A DNA stretch of 24,000 nt from Geoglobus acetivorans (GCF_039641995.1 NZ_CP087714.1:1654328-1678327); one strand, 5' to 3'; positions 1 to 7,679 are shown, numbered from the stretch's first letter. Notes: a model not told the origin generated them from the sequence alone. Numbers and translations: made by a program.

Positions 1-476
1 GGTATTACCACTCCAGAAGAGAGATCCAGATCAGCAAGCATTATGGCGAGAAGGAGAGAACGTTCATGCACGAGTACGGACACCATCTCGATCACACGCT
101 CTATCTCGATGAAACGAGGAAGTTCTTTATTGCGAGGGTAAAAAAGCACGGATACAGGCTCGAAATGCTGAGAAAGCACGAGCAGTACAGCCACCTCGGT
201 TTCGATATTTTCCACTTCGACGGATTCGACCACATAGACCCGTATGCTGGTAGAGTCTACCTCGGAACGTATGTGGACGAGCATTATAAAAGACTCAGGA
301 AGCTCATCGATAACCCCAAACTCATCGAAACCGATCCAGACATAAGAAACAGCTTTCACACCGAGCTTTTGAGTGTTGGAATGGAATATTTCACGAGGGA
401 GGAGCTGATGAAAGAGCTGTGGGAGAAGGACAGGGAGCTTTTCGGTTTCATTCTGTCTCTGCTTAGGGGAAAGTGA
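1..476 (+). CDS. C-terminal part of a truncated ORF with a zincin-like HExxHxxxH motif; probable virion or head-associated (MuF-like?) protein
   Basis: The frame is open from the left edge (codons from nt 3: YYHSRREIQISKHYGEKERTFMHEYGHHLDH...), so the ATG at 66 is probably internal. HEYGHHLDH matches HExxHxxxH. It lies immediately upstream of the capsid maturation genes. Confidence 0.6.
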   Translation, partial: YYHSRREIQISKHYGEKERTFMHEYGHHLDHTLYLDETRKFFIARVKKHGYRLEMLRKHEQYSHLGFDIFHFDGFDHIDPYAGRVYLGTYVDEHYKRLRKLIDNPKLIETDPDIRNSFHTELLSVGMEYFTREELMKELWEKDRELFGFILSLLRGK

Positions 477-501
477 TATATGGGTTGGAGGCTGAAATAG
501 A

Positions 502-825
502 ATGATGGAATGGAAAATCGTGTTGAAGCACGAGAACGGGATTGACAGGGTTGAAATCGTGGGGATTGGAGAAGATCCTCACAGGCCAGTTGACATAATC
601 ACAACTTCCAGGGGACCGTTTGGTAAAAAGACTCTTGAAAAGATCCTCGAAGGAGTCAGGAGGGGGGTTCCGGTTATAATCCCTGCGTTCTCTGATAGGG
701 ATCTCTACGCTTATGCCTATCACGCTGGTAGGATTGCAGATGAAGACCCGAGATGGAATTACGAGTCGAACCTGCCTGAGATAACTGTTCCAGAAGAAGA
801 GGATGGAGAGTTGTTGATTATTTAG
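502..825 (+). CDS. Hypothetical protein, 107 aa
   Basis: ORF collinear with the structural operon, with an acidic C-terminus. Confidence 0.6.
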   Translation: MMEWKIVLKHENGIDRVEIVGIGEDPHRPVDIITTSRGPFGKKTLEKILEGVRRGVPVIIPAFSDRDLYAYAYHAGRIADEDPRWNYESNLPEITVPEEEDGELLII

Positions 826-828
826 TGC

Positions 829-1155
829 CTAAAGATTGTTTTTAGATTGTTTCGATGAGTGGCCCACTAAGATCCACACTACGATCCAACACATGAATGC
901 GGATGTTAGAATTAAAATGGGTGACGAATTCTGACCAGAGGCTAAAGCCACAAATGAAGTATTTATTGCTACAGCAATCGCTGCACGTGTGTAATATGAC
1001 TGTTCATGGAAGTATTCATAATGAAAACCATATCGGATCTCTGTTGGTGGTTGGTATCGTTTTATTTTAATCAAGAGGTATAGCACACTTCCGCTGTAAA
1101 ATATATAGAAAACAGCTAAAGCTGGTCCGGATAATTGATTTAATAACTGATCCAT
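829..1155 (-). CDS. Small hydrophobic membrane protein (about 3 TM segments), possible moron gene
   Basis: The ORF-track start is 1206, but the ATG at 1155 is preceded at about -25 by TTTAAAAAATTGG on the minus strand. Hydrophobic segments: GPALAVFYIFYSGSVLYLLI, AAIAVAINTSFVALA, SPILILTSAFMCWIVVWILV. Confidence 0.45.
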   Translation of the reverse strand: MDQLLNQLSGPALAVFYIFYSGSVLYLLIKIKRYQPPTEIRYGFHYEYFHEQSYYTRAAIAVAINTSFVALASGQNSSPILILTSAFMCWIVVWILVGHSSKQSKNNL

Positions 1156-1204
1156 ACTCAAATAACATTCCAATTTTTTAAAGTCTTTTTTCTTTGGAGG
1201 AAAC

Positions 1205-2563
1205 ATGGAACTACTGATAGTAAAGAGCCTTCAGGTCAGCGACAGCGAGAAGAATGTTTACGTTGAGGGCTACGCTTCAGCAGCGGTCAAGGATCTCGAC
1301 GACGAGATCATCACTGAAGAAGCACTGAAAACTGCAGCTGAGGAGCTGAAGCAGGAACCGTACAACAAGGTCTTCGTCAACCACAAGTACGACGACATCC
1401 CGATCGGAAAGATTGTAGATGCTGCGGTTAAGACTGTCGACGGAGTCAGAAAGCTCTGGATCAAGGTCGTGCTCAACAAAGCTCATCCGATGTTCGAAAC
1501 CGTTTACAGGTCCCTCAAGGACGGTTTCCTCGATGCGTTCTCGATAGGCTTCAAGGCCCTTGAGAGAGCTGGAAACAAAATCAAGAGGTTGAAGATTCTC
1601 GAGGTGAGCCTCGTTGGCATTCCTGCCAATCCTGAAGCTGTTGTAGACACAGTTTACGAGAAGATGTTTAGGCCTTGTGAGGACGACATTCTCGTCAAGG
1701 GAGTAGTTCCTGGGCATCCGTGGAAGTACGGCAAAGATTCTCAGAACTCATGGAAGAAGCCATCTCTGAGCGACTTCACGGACAAGAGCTGGGACGAGCT
1801 TAGCGATTCTGAAAAAAGAAGCATAGCAGGACACTTTGCCTGGTCTCCGAAGAATCCTCCAGAGAAGTTCACGGACCTCAAACTACCTCACCACGACCCT
1901 AAAACTCACGCTGTTGTCTGGAGGGGTGTTGTTGCGGCGATGGCGGCCCTGATGGGTGCGAGAGGTGGGATTGACATCCCGAGCGAGGACAGGAAGAAGG
2001 TGTACGATCACCTTGCAGCACACTATAAAGAATTCGGCAACGAACCTCCGGAGTTCAGGTTCCTCGAGGAGTTCACGGCAAAGCTGGTTGAAGCTACTGG
2101 TGAGACCGATTACGGCCTTCCAGACTCGACGAACTCGACAGATCCACAGCCTCATTTAAAAAGTCCGAATTCAAAAGCGGCGAACATGAGTGAAGAGATA
2201 GAGAAGAAAGTGGAAGAACTGACAGCAGAGATCGAGCGACTCAAGGCAGAGAACGAGGAACTCAGGAAGAGACTCGCAGAGTACGAGGAAAAAGAGAAGG
2301 TAGCGATCATCGAGAAGATCAAGAGGGTTGCGGCCATCACCAAAGCCGAAGTAAATGAGGAGGAGCTGAAGAAGGCGAATGTCATCGAACTCAAGCTCGT
2401 TTACGCTGATCTCGCTGACAGAGTCATTTCTCACAAGACCGCCGAGAAGGTCAAGACTCCTGTCGACAATTCTGAGGGTTTCATTGAAACAAAGTGGGGC
2501 AGGGCTGACGCCCGGAAGGTTGCGGAGCTGAGGAAGATGCTCGGAATTGAGGGGGAGGTGTGA
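1205..2563 (+). CDS. Prohead protease with C-terminal scaffold-like coiled coil, 452 aa
   Basis: N-terminus (SLQVSDSEKNVYVEGYASAAVKDLDDEIITEEALK... HKYDDIPIGKI... FLDAFSIGFKALE... VSLVGIPANPEAV) resembles the phage prohead/U35 protease family. The C-terminal third is a coiled coil (EEIEKKVEELTAEIERLKAENEELRKRL). SD GGAGG at 1196-1200. Confidence 0.85.
   Translation: MELLIVKSLQVSDSEKNVYVEGYASAAVKDLDDEIITEEALKTAAEELKQEPYNKVFVNHKYDDIPIGKIVDAAVKTVDGVRKLWIKVVLNKAHPMFETVYRSLKDGFLDAFSIGFKALERAGNKIKRLKILEVSLVGIPANPEAVVDTVYEKMFRPCEDDILVKGVVPGHPWKYGKDSQNSWKKPSLSDFTDKSWDELSDSEKRSIAGHFAWSPKNPPEKFTDLKLPHHDPKTHAVVWRGVVAAMAALMGARGGIDIPSEDRKKVYDHLAAHYKEFGNEPPEFRFLEEFTAKLVEATGETDYGLPDSTNSTDPQPHLKSPNSKAANMSEEIEKKVEELTAEIERLKAENEELRKRLAEYEEKEKVAIIEKIKRVAAITKAEVNEEELKKANVIELKLVYADLADRVISHKTAEKVKTPVDNSEGFIETKWGRADARKVAELRKMLGIEGEV
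2186..2563 (+). CDS. Putative nested in-frame scaffold protein (internal start within the protease gene)
   Basis: In-frame ATG at 2186 starts MSEEIEKKVEELTAEIERLKAENEELRKRLAEYEEKEK. TTTAAAAAGTCCG lies upstream with the same spacing to the ATG as the provirus-wide motif. Confidence 0.4.
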   Translation: MSEEIEKKVEELTAEIERLKAENEELRKRLAEYEEKEKVAIIEKIKRVAAITKAEVNEEELKKANVIELKLVYADLADRVISHKTAEKVKTPVDNSEGFIETKWGRADARKVAELRKMLGIEGEV

Positions 2564-2567
2564 GTAG

Positions 2568-2936
2568 ATGGTTCTGGTGTATGTTGAGGGGAGGTCCATC
2601 AAGGCAACTGCAGGAGCTGCGATAACCGCAGGACAGCTCGTCGAACTCACTGGCGACGAGACGGTTTCTCCGGCTTCGGCCGGATCGACCAAGGTACTCG
2701 GAGTTGCGATGAAGGATGCTGCTGCGGGTGAGCTTGTTACTGTCATCACTGAGGGCGTTGTTGAGGTGACCGCTGCAGGAGCAATAACAGCAGGTGCGAG
2801 AGTTCAGGCCGCTGCAAACGGTCAGGTGGATGCGTGGAGTGCGGCTGCGGCTGGAGATTCAGCGAAGATCGTCGGACTCGCAATCACCTCTGCGGCTGCG
2901 GCAGGAGATAGCATAAAAATAAAGCTGGAGGTGTGA
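2568..2936 (+). CDS. DUF2190-like capsid decoration protein
   Basis: Ala/Gly/Val-rich beta protein (IKATAGAAITAGQLVEL...VLGVAMKDAAAGELVTVITEGVVEVTA) between the protease and major capsid genes. Confidence 0.75.
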   Translation: MVLVYVEGRSIKATAGAAITAGQLVELTGDETVSPASAGSTKVLGVAMKDAAAGELVTVITEGVVEVTAAGAITAGARVQAAANGQVDAWSAAAAGDSAKIVGLAITSAAAAGDSIKIKLEV

Positions 2937-2940
2937 TGAG

Positions 2941-3738
2941 ATGACGGTCATAACTTCGGACGTTCTGCCGGCCGAGCTTCTGCAGGCGATAAGCGATGTC
3001 GTTGTTGTGCAGGCAAGAGCGACGAGAGTTGGAAGGAACCTTGTGCAGACCGAGAAAGTCGACAGGGGAACGCAGGTCTACAAGTACAGGAAGTTCACGG
3101 GATTCAGCGATGTCCAGGAGATCCCCGAGGGTGCGGAGTTCCCGCTCGAGGGCGTGACATACACTGAAGCAACCGCATCGATCAAGAAGATCGGTAAGGG
3201 GTTCTTCATAACCAGGGAGGAGTACCTCGGAAACAAGATTCACAGCATCGGACAGCTTGCGAGAGATGCTGCAGAGGTCGTTGCCCTCAAGGAGGACGAA
3301 ATGATCATCAACGAGTTCGTGAACAACGCAGGCAAGACCCAGGCTGCGGCTGCAGCATGGAGTTCTACTGGTAACCCCTACGACGATGTTTCTGCCGCAC
3401 TTGCCAAGCTTGAAGAGGTCAACGTGAAGCCCGACATGCTCGTGCTGCACCCGTACGAGGTGGCGGACCTCAGAAAAATCGATGCCAACGCCAAAATGTC
3501 CTACGCTCAGCTCATCGAGGGTCTTGGGCTTAAGGTCATCGCAACTCCAAAGCTTTCGACCGGCACAGGTCTGCTCCTCGACAGCAAGAGAGCCGGGGTT
3601 CTTGTGATTGCCGAGGACATAACGATTGAGGGGCCAGAATACAGGCAGGAGAACCAGAGCTACCTCGTCAACGTCTTCGAGAGAATCGTTCCCGTGGTCA
3701 GGTATCCGGATGCAGTCTGCAAGCTGACGGGAATCTAA
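2941..3738 (+). CDS. Major capsid protein (HK97-fold family)
   Basis: Position after protease and decoration genes; 265 aa with an encapsulin/HK97-like body (FSDVQEIPEGAEFPLEGVTYTEATASIKKIGKGFFITREEYLG ... LVIAEDITIEGPEYRQENQSYLVNVFERIVPVV). Confidence 0.8.
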   Translation: MTVITSDVLPAELLQAISDVVVVQARATRVGRNLVQTEKVDRGTQVYKYRKFTGFSDVQEIPEGAEFPLEGVTYTEATASIKKIGKGFFITREEYLGNKIHSIGQLARDAAEVVALKEDEMIINEFVNNAGKTQAAAAAWSSTGNPYDDVSAALAKLEEVNVKPDMLVLHPYEVADLRKIDANAKMSYAQLIEGLGLKVIATPKLSTGTGLLLDSKRAGVLVIAEDITIEGPEYRQENQSYLVNVFERIVPVVRYPDAVCKLTGI

Positions 3739-3766
3739 CCCCATTATTTTTTATCAGGGGTCAGAA

Positions 3767-4000
3767 ATGACAGCGTTTGACAGAGATGCTGTGCAGTTAC
3801 TCGGAGAGCTTAACGGTAAAGTGGACAGAATACTGTGCGAACTCCAGAAAATCAGCGACAAGCAGAAAGATCACGAAGATAGGCTCGATAACCACGACAG
3901 GGTGATCGAGCGGCACAGCACATATTTCAGAGTCGTAGGCTTCGTCGTGTCGATCATCGTTGCTGCTCTCGGAGCGATAGTCTCATTCTTCAAATCCTGA
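3767..4000 (+). CDS. Small coiled-coil protein with one C-terminal TM segment
   Basis: 77 aa; heptad-like region followed by VVGFVVSIIVAALGAIVSFF. Confidence 0.65.
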   Translation: MTAFDRDAVQLLGELNGKVDRILCELQKISDKQKDHEDRLDNHDRVIERHSTYFRVVGFVVSIIVAALGAIVSFFKS

Positions 4001-4030
4001 TTTTTAAAGTCCGTTTTTTCAGCCCTTGAC

Positions 4031-4237
4031 ATGAAAGTCAGAAACGTGTCGAACTCTGTTGTGTATGTAGCCGACAAGACTATCGAGCCAGGCAAGACTG
4101 CAGAGCTTAGCAAGGAAGAAATGGCAATGTCCGGTGTCAAGGCCCTCATCGAGAGTGGAGAGCTTGAGATCGTTGAAGAGAAAACTGAAGAGAAGAAGAG
4201 GGAGAAGAAAGCACAGAAAAAGAAGAGTGAGCCATGA
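4031..4237 (+). CDS. Small structural or connector-associated protein with a highly charged Lys/Glu tail
   Basis: 68 aa; motif TTTTTAAAGTCCG upstream; overlaps the next ORF start by ATGA. Confidence 0.65.
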   Translation: MKVRNVSNSVVYVADKTIEPGKTAELSKEEMAMSGVKALIESGELEIVEEKTEEKKREKKAQKKKSEP

Positions 4238-4614
4238 TCACGGTTGCCGAGGTCAGAACCCTGCTCGGAGATGCTTACTCGACCAAACCTGACGACCCAA
4301 CAATACAGAACTTCATCGATCGAAGAAAAGAGGAGTTACAGGACCTGATAGGAACAGATCCAGCTTCTGCATCTTACCAGAGCCTTCTGAAGAGGTGGCT
4401 GCTCAACAAAGTCTGCTGCGATGTTCTTGCAAATGATCTGCTCGGAGTGGACTCAGCAGATGTTCTCGAATACAGCATAGGTGATCTCAAGGAAAGCAAG
4501 AGCCAGAATGTAAAGCTGAAGCTCGCATGGTTTGAAACTTTCAAGGAATCTGCAGAACTTGCATTGAACACTTACTTTCTCAAAACACGAAGTTACAAAG
4601 CGGTCAAACTGTAG
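4234..4614 (+). CDS. Head-tail connector/adaptor-like protein (gp6-like)
   Basis: 126-aa mainly helical protein (MITVAEVRTLLGD...) immediately after the capsid genes, matching adaptor position and size. Confidence 0.55.
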   Translation: MITVAEVRTLLGDAYSTKPDDPTIQNFIDRRKEELQDLIGTDPASASYQSLLKRWLLNKVCCDVLANDLLGVDSADVLEYSIGDLKESKSQNVKLKLAWFETFKESAELALNTYFLKTRSYKAVKL

Positions 4615-4650
4615 AAAGACATAAGTTATCATATCTACAGAAATCCCTGC

Positions 4651-4797
4651 GTGGACAGGGGAAGAAAGCTGATACGGCAACTGAAACACCTTATTGAAGA
4701 CCATTTCCCCGAGCTTGAGGTCGAGTATTCGAGAGATTCTATCCTGATAAGGGTCAAAAATGGCGACTCAGGAAGAGGTTCTGCAGGCTATTGTTGA
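4651..4797 (+). CDS. Possible 48-aa protein, not in the ORF track
   Basis: GTG start: VDRGRKLIRQLKHLIEDHFPELEVEYSRDSILIRVKNGDSGRGSAGYC*. Overlaps the start of the winged-helix gene. TATA-like ATAAGTTATCATAT upstream. Confidence 0.3.
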   Translation: MDRGRKLIRQLKHLIEDHFPELEVEYSRDSILIRVKNGDSGRGSAGYC

Positions 4798-5251
4798 GAA
4801 CAATGGGGCGGTATCGTTCAAGCAGCTCAAAGAGAGGTTCGGGATAGGCAAGTCTGGCTCTTCTTGGCTTCCTCAGCGTTTGAGAAGTCTTGAAAACAAA
4901 AAGCTGATCTACAGACTGAGAATAGGGAATGAGACTTTCTTCATTGCAGATCCGGATCTGCTCGAATTTGAATCCCGTGGAAGGCCTGCAGGGTCGATCA
5001 GGATCAATGCGTGCATGGAGCGCAAACTCTTGAAGGTTCTCAGAGAGAGAAAGATACTGACGAAGTGGCAGCTGAGAGTGGCCCTCGGATGGGATGATAA
5101 GACTTTCAGCAAGTACCTCAAATCTCTTCTCGAAAAAAACATGGTCATCGAATGGCACACGGGGACGGTAACGCTCTATTTCACACCTGACACGCTGAAT
5201 GACATAATCAACCTGTACTACGAAAAGCTCTACAGTAATTTTCAATGCTGA
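4760..5251 (+). CDS. Winged-helix DNA-binding protein (two wHTH-like halves)
   Basis: VSFKQLKERFGIGKSGSSWLPQRLRSLENKKLIYRL... and ILTKWQLRVALGWDDKTFSKYLKSLLEKNMVIEW both look like wHTH folds. Confidence 0.65.
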   Translation: MATQEEVLQAIVENNGAVSFKQLKERFGIGKSGSSWLPQRLRSLENKKLIYRLRIGNETFFIADPDLLEFESRGRPAGSIRINACMERKLLKVLRERKILTKWQLRVALGWDDKTFSKYLKSLLEKNMVIEWHTGTVTLYFTPDTLNDIINLYYEKLYSNFQC

Positions 5252-5310
5252 CATCAGCATTAAACTGAGTCTTTTAGACAGCCTAAAACTCAGCTAAACT
5301 TGACCGTTTT

Positions 5311-5440
5311 GTGAACTACTCCGCCCTTACGGACGGAGCTTCCCGCTTCATCGAGAGAACTTGCCCCTCGATCACCTTCCGATATGGAATCACGAGGGAT
5401 AGAGACTCTCTCTCCACGGGCGTTCGGGACCGTCCCAGCC
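5311..5440 (-). ncRNA. Putative omega RNA / right end of the TnpB element
   Basis: Minus strand ...GAAGCTCCGTCCGTAAGGGCGGAGTAGTTCAC overlaps the tnpB 3' end, with a hairpin (5319-5338) and terminal GTAGTTCAC typical of archaeal IS605/IS1341-type right ends. The 5' boundary is a guess. Confidence 0.55.
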
Positions 5441-6530
5441 CCACATCCAGTATGTTCAGGGAGGCGTTGTAATCTCTGTCAGCCTCCCATCCACAATTAG
5501 GACAGGCGAACGATCTATCTTTCAGGGATATGTTTTTAACAATGTAGCCACAGTTGGCACATCTTTTTGACGTATTTGTAGGATTAACTCTCACCACTCG
5601 CCTACCAGCTCTTTCAGCCTTGTAGACGAGCAGTGTATGGAATTTAGTCCATGCGGAATCGTGAATGTGCCTGTTCAGTGTTGGAGAGTTTCCATTTTCA
5701 ACCAAATCTTTCACATTCAGATCTTCAACGCAGATTATGTCATAGTTGTTGACATAATAACGAGACAACTTGTGCAAGAAATCCAGCCGCTGGTTGTTCA
5801 GCTTCTCGTAGAGTTTTGCCAGCTTGAGTCTGGCTTTCTCTCGCCTCTTCGACCCCTTCTGCTTTCTCGACAACTCTTTTTGAACCCTCTTTATCTTCTC
5901 AAGAGTTTTGTCAATGAATTTCGGATTCTCGAAAGCTATACCATCTGAATCTACGCAGAAGTGATTCACTCCCATGTCTAAACCAACTACTCTTCCCGTT
6001 TTTGGCAGTGATTTCGATTCTACTTCTGTTTGAACTATGGCGAACCACTTTTCGGTTTTAGTTTTCTTGACGATTACACCCTTGATTCTACCTTCAATCG
6101 GACGATGAAGCTTTATCGGAATTTCACCAATCTTGGATAGAACAAGCTTCTTTCTCTCAAAGTCAATCTTGAAACCTGACTGGTTGAAGTTTAGGGTTTT
6201 GAAAGAATTGGGAGAAGTCTTATAGCGAAGCCACCCAACTTTCTTCCCCTTCTTTCTCAGCTCGTTTAACGCTTTGATGTTTGACCAGAGCTGATAATTC
6301 ACCATCTGCAAAACTTTTGAGTAAACGTTCTTTAGCTCTGGTTTTTCTTGCTTAAGCCTCACGATAAGGGCTTGGGTATCTTTCCAACATATCTTTCTAC
6401 CCTCTTTTCTTGCCTTGTTTACTTCTTCAAGCAGCTTATTGTATAACCAGCGACATATCTCAAGCTGTTCATTTAGTTTTGCTTCAGATGTCTTCAAAGG
6501 ATAGATGCGGAATTTGTAGCTAATCAGCAT
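5316..6530 (-). CDS. tnpB: TnpB (IS200/IS605-family RNA-guided nuclease)
   Basis: 404 aa with RuvC-like VVGLDMGVNHF, IICVEDLNV, Zn finger CANCGYIV...CPNCGWEADRDYNASLNI. The D/E/D triad appears intact. Confidence 0.95.
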   Translation of the reverse strand: MLISYKFRIYPLKTSEAKLNEQLEICRWLYNKLLEEVNKARKEGRKICWKDTQALIVRLKQEKPELKNVYSKVLQMVNYQLWSNIKALNELRKKGKKVGWLRYKTSPNSFKTLNFNQSGFKIDFERKKLVLSKIGEIPIKLHRPIEGRIKGVIVKKTKTEKWFAIVQTEVESKSLPKTGRVVGLDMGVNHFCVDSDGIAFENPKFIDKTLEKIKRVQKELSRKQKGSKRREKARLKLAKLYEKLNNQRLDFLHKLSRYYVNNYDIICVEDLNVKDLVENGNSPTLNRHIHDSAWTKFHTLLVYKAERAGRRVVRVNPTNTSKRCANCGYIVKNISLKDRSFACPNCGWEADRDYNASLNILDVGLGRSRTPVERESLSLVIPYRKVIEGQVLSMKREAPSVRAE

Positions 6531-6546
6531 CTTTTACACCAAAAAA

Positions 6547-6807
6547 TCATAAATTGTACTTTCTCTTGAACTTCTGAGCTCTCAGCGGAGCCATGTGTAT
6601 CATATCATCCAATCTGCCATAAATGTAGGACTCAACAGACTCAGTGATAACCTCTCCGATAAATCCATCTAATTTCTCCTCATCATAGCCTACCCACTTC
6701 CCATATTCTCTCAAGAACTCAACAAACCTCTTAGGCAGGGGTATTGACACCCTGACGAACTCCTCCCCCTCAATTATCACAGTCTGCTCCTCTTTCATCT
6801 CAATCAC
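6547..6807 (-). CDS. 86-aa conserved cassette protein (possible DNA-binding accessory protein)
   Basis: Differs from the copy-2 protein (11674-11934) at one residue (MIEMKEE vs MIEMEEE). Confidence 0.8.
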   Translation of the reverse strand: MIEMKEEQTVIIEGEEFVRVSIPLPKRFVEFLREYGKWVGYDEEKLDGFIGEVITESVESYIYGRLDDMIHMAPLRAQKFKRKYNL

Positions 6808-6818
6808 CTCCGAAAATT

Positions 6819-7022
6819 TTAGGAAAAAGCCTCGAGGACAGTTTGTCTTATTACAACCCTCTCCATTCCACCCTCAAAAACCAGCCAGCCCTTCTTAACC
6901 GGGAAGCTCTTAGAGAAGTCAAGTCGGGTCATTTTTGTTCCGCAAAGTGGACAAAGACCGCCGTTAACTCCCCAACCTTCATATCCGCATTTTGGACACA
7001 CCAACTCGGACATTTTGGACAC
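6819..7022 (-). CDS. Zinc-ribbon protein, cassette copy 1
   Basis: CPKCGYEG...CPLCG. The C-terminal 33 residues are identical to copy 2; the N-terminus is divergent. Confidence 0.8.
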   Translation of the reverse strand: MSKMSELVCPKCGYEGWGVNGGLCPLCGTKMTRLDFSKSFPVKKGWLVFEGGMERVVIRQTVLEAFS

Positions 7023-7030
7023 CTCTACTT

Positions 7031-7090
7031 TGTAGCTACATTGTAATTACATCAAAAGTTATTTAAACTTTTCGCTACATTGTAGATACA
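7031..7090. promoter_or_regulatory. Divergent promoter/operator, copy 1
   Basis: GCTACATTGTA at 7035-7045 and 7074-7084 (39-bp period); palindromes TGTAGCTACA (7031) and TGTAATTACA (7042); near-palindrome TGTAGATACA (7081); TATTTAAACTTTTCGCTA core shared with copy 2. Confidence 0.6.
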
Positions 7091-7234
7091 ATGAAGCCCG
7101 CAAAAATAACTGTAGAAGGGTATGAAGTAATTGAGAAGGTCGTAAAAGATGCTGGGAATTCAGGTAGAGTCTATGTTCCAAAGTCTTGGGTTGGAAAGAG
7201 GGTTAAAATAATCTTGCTGGAGCCAAATGAATAA
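7091..7234 (+). CDS. 47-aa DUF2080-like / AbrB-fold transposon-associated protein, not in the ORF track
   Basis: MKPAKITVEGYEVIEKVVKDAGNSGRVYVPKSWVGKRVKIILLEPNE*. The GNSGRVYVPKSWVGKRVKII core resembles archaeal 'transposon-encoded' DUF2080 and SpoVT/AbrB-like proteins. Confidence 0.8.
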   Translation: MKPAKITVEGYEVIEKVVKDAGNSGRVYVPKSWVGKRVKIILLEPNE

Positions 7235-7287
7235 AAGTGGAATCATCTGGAATTTTATTTAATAAAGTCTGCTTCTGCCTTGCGATT

Positions 7288-7461
7288 ATGATTCGGTTGA
7301 ACGAGAATCAGCCACTCTGGATGCCTCCTGGGAGTGTCAGAGCGATAATTGCGCTTGCAATCGTCATTGGATACATTGCGATCAACAGAACCGTGGACAA
7401 GGAACTTGTCATGTTCGTACTCGGGTTCTACTTTGGCTCGAAGATGGGGGAGAGACGATGA
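7288..7461 (+). CDS. Small membrane protein (holin-like candidate)
   Basis: Start moved from 7237 to the ATG at 7288 (MIRLNENQPLWMPPGSVRAIIALAIVIGYIAI...). TTTAATAAAGTCTG motif 21 nt upstream. Confidence 0.6.
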   Translation: MIRLNENQPLWMPPGSVRAIIALAIVIGYIAINRTVDKELVMFVLGFYFGSKMGERR

Positions 7462-7679
7462 TGCTGGACGTTTTTGACGACAGGCTCAGCCTGATGCACA
7501 TCGTAGTAGGAGCGCTGAGTTTCTTCTACCAGGTGTTCTTCGTTGTCTTTGTGTTCTATGAGGTCGTTGAGCATATCTATCTCGCTGGAAGGGAGAAGGA
7601 AGCGAATTTCCTTGGGGATTTTGTCGAGTTTCTGTTTGGTCTCGGAGCGGCTGCCCTTGCGTGGGGGATGATGGCGTGA
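7458..7679 (+). CDS. Small membrane protein (holin-like candidate)
   Basis: 73 aa, two hydrophobic segments (MHIVVGALSFFYQVFFVVFVFYEVV; LGDFVEFLFGLGAAALAWGMM). Overlaps both neighbours. Confidence 0.6.
   Translation: MMLDVFDDRLSLMHIVVGALSFFYQVFFVVFVFYEVVEHIYLAGREKEANFLGDFVEFLFGLGAAALAWGMMA

Larger units (their letters stand above)
6537..7269. repeat. Duplicated regulatory cassette, copy 1
   Basis: Near-identical to 11664-12396. The first ~285 nt differ at about 1-2 positions; after ~6925 the copies diverge but remain collinear. Confidence 0.9.

Noticed and set aside
1270-2394. Several minus-strand ORFs across the protease gene
   Set aside because: All overlap the clear plus-strand protease; no independent motifs or promoters seen.
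2171-2749. 192-aa minus-strand ORF
   Set aside because: Antisense to the scaffold/decoration genes; Ser/Leu-rich translation typical of the reverse strand of Glu/Ala-rich coding DNA.
2884-3744. 286-aa minus-strand ORF covering the major capsid gene
   Set aside because: Perfectly antisense to the convincing capsid ORF; low-complexity antisense-like protein. A GC-rich codon artefact.
5316-6530. Autonomous IS605 element with TnpA
   Set aside because: No TnpA (Y1 HUH transposase) ORF in the window; only TnpB is present, so autonomous mobility is unsupported here.
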